A program made the translations under genes and the position numbers. Positions 1 through 11,058 of a stretch of DNA of 64,000 nt are shown piece after piece. Location of the stretch: contig CAMTYE010000001.1 of NCBI GenBank assembly GCA_947085935.1, forward strand, positions 40,878 through 104,877, written 5' to 3'. The notes beneath the pieces are model-generated. The model saw only the letters and a program-made list of their open reading frames with translations, had not been told where the DNA came from and searched no databases. Origin of the DNA: an uncultured Actinomycetes bacterium (GTDB lineage: Bacteria > Actinomycetota > Coriobacteriia > Anaerosomatales > CAMTYE01). Each line of letters starts with the position of its first letter. Position 1 is the first letter of the stretch.

Positions 1-723
1 GGACGCAGGGTCACCCGCGAAGATGTAGCCTACGGGCTGTGGCGTATTCTGCTCGGGGCGTTTCGCAAGTTCGTGGTCGCTGATACGGTGGGGGTGCTGG
101 CGGCGCCGCTCATGGCAGCCGACACCTCGACGCCGTTGATCGTGCTCGCCGTGTACGCCTACACGTTCAAGATCTACTTCGATTTCGCCGGCTATTGCGA
201 TATGGCGATCGGTATCGCGCGCCTCTTCGGATTCAGGATCATCGAGAACTTCAATGCACCGTACCTGCGCCGCAACATCTCGCAGTTCTGGCGCACCTGG
301 CACTACTCGCTGACGCGGTTCATCACCGAGTACGTCTACATCCCGTTGGGGGGTTCGCGGGTCGCGTGGTGGCGCATCGCGCTCAACACGATCATCGCGA
401 TGGGGCTTTCGGGACTGTGGCACGGCGCGGCCGCGCACTTCATCGCGTGGGGCCTTTGGCACGGGGCGGGGCTTGTGGTGCTTCGCTGGTGGCGCACGTG
501 GACCGCGCATCTCAAGCATCGCGTGCCGGCGCTCCACCGGTTTGCCGAGTCGCGCCCGGGGGCTGCCGCGAGCTACGCGTTCGGCTGGACGATCACCTTC
601 AACTTCGTTGCCGCCGGCTGGGTGCTCTTCGTGCTGCCTGTGGGACAGTCGTTCGACGTCTACCGTGCGTGTGTGGGGTACGTACTCGATGCGGCCAGGA
701 CGCTCGCCGCCGCTGTGCTGTAG
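1..723 (+). CDS. MBOAT family O-acyltransferase (AlgI/DltB/PatA-like), 5'-truncated by window edge
   Basis: Frame open from base 1 (GRRVTREDVAYGLWRILLGAFRKFVVAD); motifs IYFDFAGYCDMA, ENFNAPY, FWRTWHYSL, catalytic SGLWHGA. Confidence 0.93.
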   Translation, partial: GRRVTREDVAYGLWRILLGAFRKFVVADTVGVLAAPLMAADTSTPLIVLAVYAYTFKIYFDFAGYCDMAIGIARLFGFRIIENFNAPYLRRNISQFWRTWHYSLTRFITEYVYIPLGGSRVAWWRIALNTIIAMGLSGLWHGAAAHFIAWGLWHGAGLVVLRWWRTWTAHLKHRVPALHRFAESRPGAAASYAFGWTITFNFVAAGWVLFVLPVGQSFDVYRACVGYVLDAARTLAAAVL

Positions 724-735
724 GAGTGTGACCGG

Positions 736-846
736 ATGAGACTCGTACGTGACATAGCGCTCGGAGTGATGCTCGCGGTGATGGTCGTGGCCGCGGTGCT
801 CGCCAGTTCCGGTGTGGCCGAGCGTTTCGTATACGGGGCGTTCTAG
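736..846 (+). CDS. Small DltX-like acyl-shuttle membrane peptide (36 aa; not in ORF track)
   Basis: Translated by hand: MRLVRDIALGVMLAVMVVAAVLASSGVAERFVYGAF*; AGGAG RBS at 722-726; one TM helix; C-terminal FxYxxF; directly after MBOAT. Confidence 0.8.
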   Translation: MRLVRDIALGVMLAVMVVAAVLASSGVAERFVYGAF

Positions 847-857
847 CCCACGCAGCG

Positions 858-866
858 TGATAGAAT
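858..866 (+). promoter_or_regulatory. Extended -10 element (TGnTAGAAT) for lpdA-lipA
   Basis: TGATAGAAT ~50 nt upstream of lpdA start. Confidence 0.55.
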
Positions 867-915
867 CTCGGGACATTTCGCACGCTTTTCGGTATCCCGG
901 CAGGAAGGAACCAGC

Positions 916-2295
916 ATGCGTCTCACCGTCCTCGGCGGAGGCCCCGGCGGCTACTCGGCCGCTTTCGAAGCCGCCCGTCTCGGCGCGCAGGTCACGCTCG
1001 TAGAGCGCGAGCGCCTGGGCGGTACGTGCCTGAACTGGGGCTGCATCCCGACAAAGACGATTCTGCGCTCGGCACACATCGTGGCCGACACACGTCACGC
1101 TGCCGAGTTCGGTCTCAACGCATCGGTCGCCACCGTCGATATCGATCGGCTGCGGGCGCGCAAGGAGGGCGTTGTCGACGAACTCGTGGGCCAGATCGAG
1201 AGCAGCGCCAAGCGGCTCAAGGTGGAGGTCGTGTACGGAGACGGTTCGCTGGACGGCCCGGGCGCGGTCGAGGTCACCACACCCGACGGCGTGCGCCGCA
1301 TCGAACATGACGCCGTGATCCTCGCGACCGGCTCGATCGTGTTCAAGCTCCCCAACATCGACCACGAGATGGAGGGCGTCTGGACGAGCGACGATGCCGT
1401 CTCGCTACGCGAGATCCCCGATGAGATCGTGATCATCGGCGGGGGGGTCATCGGCCTGGAGTTCGCGTGCGCCTACGCCGCGTTCGGTTCGAAGGTCACC
1501 GTCGTCGAGCTCATGGAGCAGGTGCTCCCGGGCAACGACAAGCGTGTGGTCAAGCTCGCCCAGTCAAAGCTCGAGGAGATGGGCGTCACGTTCCACCTCG
1601 GCGACGCAGTCGAAGGCGTGTCCCGCAGCTCCGACGGCCGCATGAGCGCCACACTTCGCAGCGGCGGGCTGCTCGAAGCCGATATCGTGATGAGCGCGGT
1701 CGGCCGCGTGCCGAACTCCGCCGACTTCGGATACGAGGAGGCCGGGATCGAGTTCGATCGCCGCGCCGTCAAGGTCGACGAGTTCTACCGCACCGCTGTC
1801 GCCGGTGTCTTTGCCATCGGCGACCTGATCGGCGGGATGATGCTCGCGCATGTTGCCGAGGACGAGGGTGCAGCGGCCGCACGCAACGCGGTCGCGGTGC
1901 TGCGCGGCGAGGATCCGCACGAGACCGTGAACCTCGAGTGCGTACCGGCGTGTGTGTACACGTTCCCCGAGGTCGCTGTGGTGGGCCGCTCCCGCGATGG
2001 CGCGAAGGAGCGCGGCATCGATGCCGTGCAGGCCGTCGCCAAGTTCGCCGCCAACGGCAAGGCGCTGGGTGAGGGCGAGAGCGACGGGTTCGTGCAGCTG
2101 ATCGCCGAGAAGGGCACGGGCCGCATCCTGGGATGTCAGATCGTCGGACCTCATGCCGTCGAGATCATCCACGAGGTCTCGGTGGCCATGGCAAACGGTA
2201 TCACCGCAGCTCAGTTGGCCCATAGCGTGCACGCGCATCCCACCGTGAGCGAGGTCATCAAGTTCGCCGCGATGGACGCCGCCGGCAAGGTATAG
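916..2295 (+). CDS. lpdA: Dihydrolipoyl dehydrogenase
   Basis: GGGPGGY FAD motif, GGTCLNWGCIP redox disulfide, GGGVIG NAD motif, HAHPTVSE C-terminal motif. Confidence 0.95.
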   Translation: MRLTVLGGGPGGYSAAFEAARLGAQVTLVERERLGGTCLNWGCIPTKTILRSAHIVADTRHAAEFGLNASVATVDIDRLRARKEGVVDELVGQIESSAKRLKVEVVYGDGSLDGPGAVEVTTPDGVRRIEHDAVILATGSIVFKLPNIDHEMEGVWTSDDAVSLREIPDEIVIIGGGVIGLEFACAYAAFGSKVTVVELMEQVLPGNDKRVVKLAQSKLEEMGVTFHLGDAVEGVSRSSDGRMSATLRSGGLLEADIVMSAVGRVPNSADFGYEEAGIEFDRRAVKVDEFYRTAVAGVFAIGDLIGGMMLAHVAEDEGAAAARNAVAVLRGEDPHETVNLECVPACVYTFPEVAVVGRSRDGAKERGIDAVQAVAKFAANGKALGEGESDGFVQLIAEKGTGRILGCQIVGPHAVEIIHEVSVAMANGITAAQLAHSVHAHPTVSEVIKFAAMDAAGKV

Positions 2296-2303
2296 GCGCG
2301 CTC

Positions 2304-3197
2304 ATGGCCTACGAGCACGGCACGACGTCAAAGCGACTGCCGGGGTGGCTACGTCGGCCCTTGGCGACCCCCGGTCAGGCCACGGCCGTCGAGGGGCTCC
2401 TCGGCGAACTACGCCTGAACACCGTGTGCCAGAGCGCGAAATGCCCCAACCGCGGCGAGTGCTTCTCGAGCGGCACGGCGACGTTTCTGATCATGGGCGA
2501 CGCGTGCACCCGAGGTTGCCGCTTCTGCGCGGTGGAGAACCGCCCTCCGTCACCGCTCGACGCCGATGAGCCGCGCCGGGTGGCCGAGGCCGCTTCGCGC
2601 ATGGAGCTGCGCCATGTGGTCGTGACGGCCGTCACGCGCGACGATGTCGCAGATGGTGGCGCCGCACACTTCGTCGCGGTGATCGAGGCGCTCCGCGAAG
2701 CAGTGCCTCAGGCGACAGTCGAGGTACTCACGAGCGACTTCGCGGGGAGTCCTGAGAGCGTGGACATGGTGGCTGCCGCAGGACCCGATGTGTTCAACCA
2801 CAACCTCGAAACGGTCCCGCGTCTGTATGCGGAGGTCCGGCCCGGCGCGGACTACGAGCGCTCCCTCGACGTGCTGGAGCGGGTGCACGTGACGCGCCCG
2901 GGCATCCCCACGAAGTCGGGGCTGATGCTCGGGCTCGGAGAGACCTGCGATGAAGTCGTGGCGGTCATGGCAGACCTGCGGGCCCACGGAGTGACCATGC
3001 TCACACTCGGCCAGTACCTGCGACCGGGAGCCGCGCACCTGCCGGTCGCGGAGTTCGTGGAACCGGAGACGTTCGCGCGGCTCGGACGCGAGGCACGACG
3101 ACTGGGATTCGCACGCGTCGCCAGCGCACCCTTCGTGCGGAGCAGCTATCACGCCGCGGAGATGGCCGGGGAGACGGTCGACGGGCAGGACGATTAG
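2304..3197 (+). CDS. lipA: Lipoyl synthase
   Basis: CQSAKCPNRGEC auxiliary cluster motif, CTRGCRFC radical-SAM motif, RSSYHA. Confidence 0.96.
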   Translation: MAYEHGTTSKRLPGWLRRPLATPGQATAVEGLLGELRLNTVCQSAKCPNRGECFSSGTATFLIMGDACTRGCRFCAVENRPPSPLDADEPRRVAEAASRMELRHVVVTAVTRDDVADGGAAHFVAVIEALREAVPQATVEVLTSDFAGSPESVDMVAAAGPDVFNHNLETVPRLYAEVRPGADYERSLDVLERVHVTRPGIPTKSGLMLGLGETCDEVVAVMADLRAHGVTMLTLGQYLRPGAAHLPVAEFVEPETFARLGREARRLGFARVASAPFVRSSYHAAEMAGETVDGQDD

Positions 3198-4243
3198 ACC
3201 TCAAGCGCCCCGGTGCGAAGCCTCGCGACGCGGCCGACCTTGCCCTTGCCGCTCTGTTTCGCCTCGTACAGGCTTCGGTCTGCGGCTGCGAGAGCGTCTT
3301 CCGGCGTGATCGATTCCGTTGACGCCGCCAGCGATGCGATCCCCACGCTCACACTCAGCGGCACGTGGCGTCCGTCCATGTCCCGGAGTCGTATGCCGGC
3401 GACCGCCGCCACGAGGCGCTCGCCGAGCGCCGCGAGCTCATGCTCGTCGGTTTCAGGTGCCACGATCGCGAATTCGTCGCCACCGTAGCGCGCCACGAAG
3501 TCGGAGCCGCGTACGGTCGCTTCGAACGCCTGAGAGACGGCGCGGAGCGCGAGGTCTCCGAGCGCGTGGCCCATCGTGTCGTTGATCGCTTTGAAGTCGT
3601 CCACGTCGATGAGGATGACGCCGAGCGGCCGCGTGTAGCGCGACGCCCAGGCGACCCAGTGCTCGAGGTGTGATGTCAGACCGCGCCTGTTGTGCAGTGC
3701 CGTCAACGGATCGCGGGTCGCGTACGCGGCGAGGGCCAGGTTGTCGCGCCATGTACGTCGCAGGATAGTCGCCAGGAACCGCCCGAGATCGCTGCGGGTG
3801 TACTTCTGTTCGATGGCCGTGACGACGCGTTCCAGATGCCGCGCGTAGGACTCACGGTGATCGCGCGCACCGCCCGGCTCCGCCAGTTCGAGCAGTTCGC
3901 CGAAGATGGGATCGACCATGAAGAACTCCATGCGCACGGCGATGTCGAGCATGCGGTCGTCATCGACGGAGAGGAGATCGGTCGGCATCAGATCGCCGAT
4001 GTCGGCCCTGATCTGCTCGAGGTGCCGGACGAGTCCGTTGGTGTCGTTGACGAGGTCGGGGACCAACCCCTTCTCCCATGCGTCGGCCAGCTGGGTCCAC
4101 CATTCGATGTGATGGCGCTCCTCGACGGCCAGGATCTCGAAGACGCCCGCGAGGTCTGCATCCTTGGTCGCCTCCGCCATAGCCTCGTAGGCTTCCATGG
4201 CCGCGGTGTCGAGCTCGGTGCACAGTTCGAGGATCCTCTTCAT
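3194..4243 (-). CDS. Diguanylate cyclase with N-terminal ferritin/rubrerythrin-like domain
   Basis: GGDEF active site (RYGGDEF), DVDDFKAINDTMGH; N-terminal E..AY..LA.EERHH four-helix motif; start placed at ATG 4243 after GGGAGAG. Confidence 0.88.
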   Translation of the reverse strand: MKRILELCTELDTAAMEAYEAMAEATKDADLAGVFEILAVEERHHIEWWTQLADAWEKGLVPDLVNDTNGLVRHLEQIRADIGDLMPTDLLSVDDDRMLDIAVRMEFFMVDPIFGELLELAEPGGARDHRESYARHLERVVTAIEQKYTRSDLGRFLATILRRTWRDNLALAAYATRDPLTALHNRRGLTSHLEHWVAWASRYTRPLGVILIDVDDFKAINDTMGHALGDLALRAVSQAFEATVRGSDFVARYGGDEFAIVAPETDEHELAALGERLVAAVAGIRLRDMDGRHVPLSVSVGIASLAASTESITPEDALAAADRSLYEAKQSGKGKVGRVARLRTGALEV

Positions 4244-4307
4244 GTTGCCTCTCCCGCCCGTGGCGCGATTCGACGATGCGCGCCACGAAGAAGTTCGCTC
4301 GAGATGC

Positions 4308-4335
4308 ACATCGGTCAGGGCCGCGATCGTCCCTA
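4308..4335 (-). promoter_or_regulatory. Putative sigma28/WhiG-type promoter
   Basis: TAGG-N16-ACCGATGT upstream of the GGDEF gene. Confidence 0.4.
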
Positions 4336-4420
4336 CTTCGTTCGTTCCCCTTGAGCTCGCCGAACACGCACGTCAGATCACGCGGTGTCCGGGAGCGGAG
4401 CACGCGGGAAGCGCCGGGCG

Positions 4421-4465
4421 GGAACGAACGCACGCCGGGCAGGCGGTAGGCCCGCCCGGCGTGCG
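4421..4465 (-). terminator. Intrinsic terminator after 4471-5718 gene
   Basis: Perfect 12-bp stem CGCACGCCGGGC/GCCCGGCGTGCG (4429-4465) followed on minus strand by TTCGTT. Confidence 0.6.
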
Positions 4466-4470
4466 AGGAT

Positions 4471-5718
4471 CTACTGTCCCGAAGCGGGCGGGTACCCACC
4501 CGCGGCGAGTGTTCCGGCGACGCCGTTGGCGTCGATCTGCGCCGGGTCGTACTTCACTTCGATAACCGCCGTGTCGAGGAACAGTCTGCCCGATCTGATC
4601 GCGGTGTTCGCTGCGAGCGCGTCGAAGACGTGGGTTGACTCGTGCACGGGGTCGCCCTCGCTCAGCGTGAGCTGATAGCTCACGACTCCGTCGCCGCTGG
4701 CCGCCGTGAACACCTTGTAGACGAACTCATCGGTGGTCTGCGTCGTGCCCGGCGCTTCGCCGAGAGCAACGACAGCGATCGCGATCAGGAGCACGGCGAT
4801 CACGACGCCGAAGATGATGAACTGCGGCGTCATGCGCTTGGGCGCAGGCGCAGGCAGGGGCGTCGAATCCTCGTCCGGGATGCTCGATGCCTCGAGGTCA
4901 TCAGCGACATCAGTGCCTTCGCCATCCTCATCGGACGCGACCGGCACGGGGGCATCTTCGGCGGACAGTGCCGCAGCGCGGGCCTTGTTCCGGTTGACGA
5001 TCGAGAGCCCGAAGAGCGTGAAGCCGACAAGCACAACGGCGATGACCAGCAGCGTGGCGACGCTCTGGCCTCCCGAACTGCCGGCGGCTCCCCCGGCGAC
5101 GGCGGGCGCGGGCGGCGTCGTGTACTCCACGACGAGTTCGAAGCTCTGACCTGCGGTCGCGGTCGTATCGAGCGCGACGACGGTACCGTTGTTGGGGCCG
5201 GGTTCGACGATCGCACCGGGCGAGAAGGTCACGATCTGCGAGCCCGGAGGCACCAGGAAGGCGAGTCTGACCTCGGGTACTGCGTCGACCGCGTACCACG
5301 GGATCGTCGCGCGGCGCGTCTCTCCGAGCGACTCGACAAGCTGCCCTGCGTTGAGCTCGATCTGCCCCACACGGCCGCGTGTCAGGTCGAGCTCGGCCGT
5401 GTCGAAGCCGTTCTCGCCAGGCGTGAATCGTGGCTCGACGCTCGGGTCCTCAGAGAGCGGACCTCCGAGCACCTCGCCGCTCCACATCAGCTCAGGCCCT
5501 TGCGGGATGGCCAGCCGCACGGTCGCGGGCAGCGTTTGGGTGTCGGGCAGAATGCCGGAGATGACGAGAACGGATGTGTTCTCGGCAGCGTGTTCTTCCA
5601 TCTGGACGACCACGCCGGTGAAGAGGGCCGGCTGGGCGGCAAGGGCGGGAGTGATGGCCACCAGCGCGAAGAGCAGCGCTGCGGCGAGAATGCGGAAAGC
5701 GGGGGTCGCACGTGACAT
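4471..5718 (-). CDS. Membrane protein: signal peptide, extracellular beta domain, two TMs, C-terminal HMA-like fold lacking CxxC
   Basis: Start MSRATP with GGAGGT RBS; AxA-type signal peptide; C-terminus ..VKYDPAQID..V...L...GY resembles HMA domain ends. Confidence 0.6.
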   Translation of the reverse strand: MSRATPAFRILAAALLFALVAITPALAAQPALFTGVVVQMEEHAAENTSVLVISGILPDTQTLPATVRLAIPQGPELMWSGEVLGGPLSEDPSVEPRFTPGENGFDTAELDLTRGRVGQIELNAGQLVESLGETRRATIPWYAVDAVPEVRLAFLVPPGSQIVTFSPGAIVEPGPNNGTVVALDTTATAGQSFELVVEYTTPPAPAVAGGAAGSSGGQSVATLLVIAVVLVGFTLFGLSIVNRNKARAAALSAEDAPVPVASDEDGEGTDVADDLEASSIPDEDSTPLPAPAPKRMTPQFIIFGVVIAVLLIAIAVVALGEAPGTTQTTDEFVYKVFTAASGDGVVSYQLTLSEGDPVHESTHVFDALAANTAIRSGRLFLDTAVIEVKYDPAQIDANGVAGTLAAGGYPPASGQ

Positions 5719-5762
5719 TGATACCTCCGGAAGCGGGAAGACGGACATCGGCCGGCGGGGCG

Positions 5763-6044
5763 TCAGATCCGAAGGGGCGGCGGCATGCTCGCGGCGGTGG
5801 CGCGAACGGTATCGACCGATACGCTCATCTGCGCGAACGCGAGTTCCGGGGTGAAGAGCAGTTGCGGCGGCGCGATCGCGACACCGATCCGCAGCGATGG
5901 CGGCCATGCGTGCACGGGCGAATGTACCGCGCCCGGGCAGCATTCGGTGGCCGTGTCGGGGCAGCACAGGACAGCGCCGACCACCGCGATGGCGATCACG
6001 GAGAGCGCGCAGGCAAGAACCACGATCTCGGTGCGTAGATTCAC
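5763..6044 (-). CDS. Small Cys-containing membrane/leader protein (93 aa), DUF2946/CruR-like architecture
   Basis: N-terminal TM, CC..CC pairs, Pro-rich C-terminus PPPLRI; GGAG RBS; extended -10 TGCTACACT at 6095-6103. Confidence 0.5.
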   Translation of the reverse strand: MNLRTEIVVLACALSVIAIAVVGAVLCCPDTATECCPGAVHSPVHAWPPSLRIGVAIAPPQLLFTPELAFAQMSVSVDTVRATAASMPPPLRI

Positions 6045-6184
6045 AAGGCTCCAGATGCAAGGGACGTGCCGCGAACACTCACGGCGCGAGGAACAGTGTA
6101 GCAGCGGTCCGCCGGATGCGCGCCCACACGCGCTCGCGGGCGGCTACAATAGGGGCATGTCACCGAGATCGTGAGGGGCGTGAG

Positions 6185-9448
<3,264 letters not shown>

Positions 9449-9460
9449 GGAGACGGCAGC

Positions 9461-10414
9461 ATGGCTCAGACGCCCGTCCATATCGCGCTCGACCCGAACC
9501 GCTGCGACCGCTGCGGGGCGTGCACCGACGTGTGCCGGCCCGGCGCGATCAAGGTCGGCGCGAGCTACCTGTACCTGGACTGGCGGCTGTGCGACGAGTG
9601 CTACCTGTGCGTGAACGCATGCCCGAAGGGTGCCGTCCTGCGCAGGACCGGCTCGCGCAAGGTCAAGAAGTCAGAGCGCACGCCGATCGCCCGTCGGGAA
9701 CGGCAGCCCGTGTCGGAAGGATGGGCACCGGTCGAGGCGGTAGCGGTGCTCGCGGTCGTTCTCATGGCGCTCGTGGCCAAAGATGCGCTGCTCTCACTCG
9801 ATTCCGTCACGGCCATGGGGGGTGCCGCGCGTATCGCCGTTCGCGTCGCGACGCTCTCCGGCATGTACGGGACGCTCCTTGCGCTCCTGTGGTTCCTCGC
9901 GCGATCGCACGGTGGCTTCACGACGGCGTTCACGCTCGGCCGCCTCTCGACCGGCGTGGGGTCGAAGCTCGTCTCGGTTGCGCTCGTGTTCGTGCTGCTC
10001 GTGGCGACGCGCGCGGCGGGGTGGGTCTACGGCGTGGTGGTGCGCGCCCTCGGGTGGAGCCCGCCCGTTCGCGCCGACGTGGGGCTCACCGAGATCTTCG
10101 GGCCCGGCGTTCCCGGGCTGCTTCTGTCCCTTCTGCTCGTAGCCGTCCTCGCGCCCATCGCAGAGGAACTCGTCTTCCGAGGAGTTCTTCTGGGTGCCCT
10201 CACCCCGCGCATCGGCGTGCCCGGGGCGCTCGCGATCCAGGCGGGGCTGTTCGCGCTCTACCACGTCACACCCTGGCTGTACGTGCCCACGGCCGTCCTG
10301 GGACTCGCCACCGGGTGGCTCGCGCATTCGCGCCGCTCGCTCTGGCCCGCGATTGCGCTGCACGCGATGTACAACGCCGTCCTCGTGCTCGCCGCGTTCT
10401 ACGTGGCCGGGTGA
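9461..10414 (+). CDS. 2x[4Fe-4S] ferredoxin domain fused to CPBP intramembrane protease
   Basis: CDRCGACTDVCRP and CDECYLCVNACP at N-terminus; EELVFRG, FALYH, HAMYN in C-terminal membrane domain. Confidence 0.85.
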   Translation: MAQTPVHIALDPNRCDRCGACTDVCRPGAIKVGASYLYLDWRLCDECYLCVNACPKGAVLRRTGSRKVKKSERTPIARRERQPVSEGWAPVEAVAVLAVVLMALVAKDALLSLDSVTAMGGAARIAVRVATLSGMYGTLLALLWFLARSHGGFTTAFTLGRLSTGVGSKLVSVALVFVLLVATRAAGWVYGVVVRALGWSPPVRADVGLTEIFGPGVPGLLLSLLLVAVLAPIAEELVFRGVLLGALTPRIGVPGALAIQAGLFALYHVTPWLYVPTAVLGLATGWLAHSRRSLWPAIALHAMYNAVLVLAAFYVAG

Positions 10415-10419
10415 GGCCG

Positions 10420-11058
10420 ATGTGGGGGAGACTCGCGCGCCAGGGCGTTCCGGCAGTGGTGCTCGTGCTCGCGACGTCGCTGCTGGTATGGGATCTCACA
10501 GGTGCAGAGATCCCTCGCGCAGAAGTGCGACATGACCCCTCGGCATGGTGGAACTTCAACCCGCCGGAGCGGATCGACGCGGACTTCCGCGAGGTGCTGG
10601 CCATCCAGCCGGTCAAGTCGACCTGGCACCACAAGTACCTCGCCCTCGGGGTGCTCGACGCCGCGATGGACACCGCACTGTCGCGTGTGCGCATAGTCGA
10701 GCCTGCCGAGGAGGTCACGCTCTACACGTGGGGTCCCCGCAAGCAGTTCTACCGGCCCGACGAGCAGGTCCTGGCGCGCGCCGGTGCCGAGGTGCGCCGC
10801 GAAGACTACGACGCGATCATGCCGGAGGCGGCGCTCGCGACTCTGGCGGCGGACGGCCGGCTGCGCGAATACTCGTGGGGAGTGGTGCTCGTCACCGCGG
10901 ACGGCGACTCCGTCGAGTCGATGCGCCCTCGAATGCGGATCCGGCCGCATCGGCCTGAGGTTGGCGAGTACTACCTGATGCGCGACCGGGTGCGGGAGCG
11001 GCTCTTCGTGGTGCCTGCTGCGATCGCCCGTGCGATCCTGGCGGGTGAGGACCTGTGA
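10420..11058 (+). CDS. Hypothetical exported/membrane-anchored protein
   Basis: ATG 10420 just after upstream stop; N-terminal hydrophobic segment; stop overlaps next start (GTGA). Confidence 0.55.
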   Translation: MWGRLARQGVPAVVLVLATSLLVWDLTGAEIPRAEVRHDPSAWWNFNPPERIDADFREVLAIQPVKSTWHHKYLALGVLDAAMDTALSRVRIVEPAEEVTLYTWGPRKQFYRPDEQVLARAGAEVRREDYDAIMPEAALATLAADGRLREYSWGVVLVTADGDSVESMRPRMRIRPHRPEVGEYYLMRDRVRERLFVVPAAIARAILAGEDL

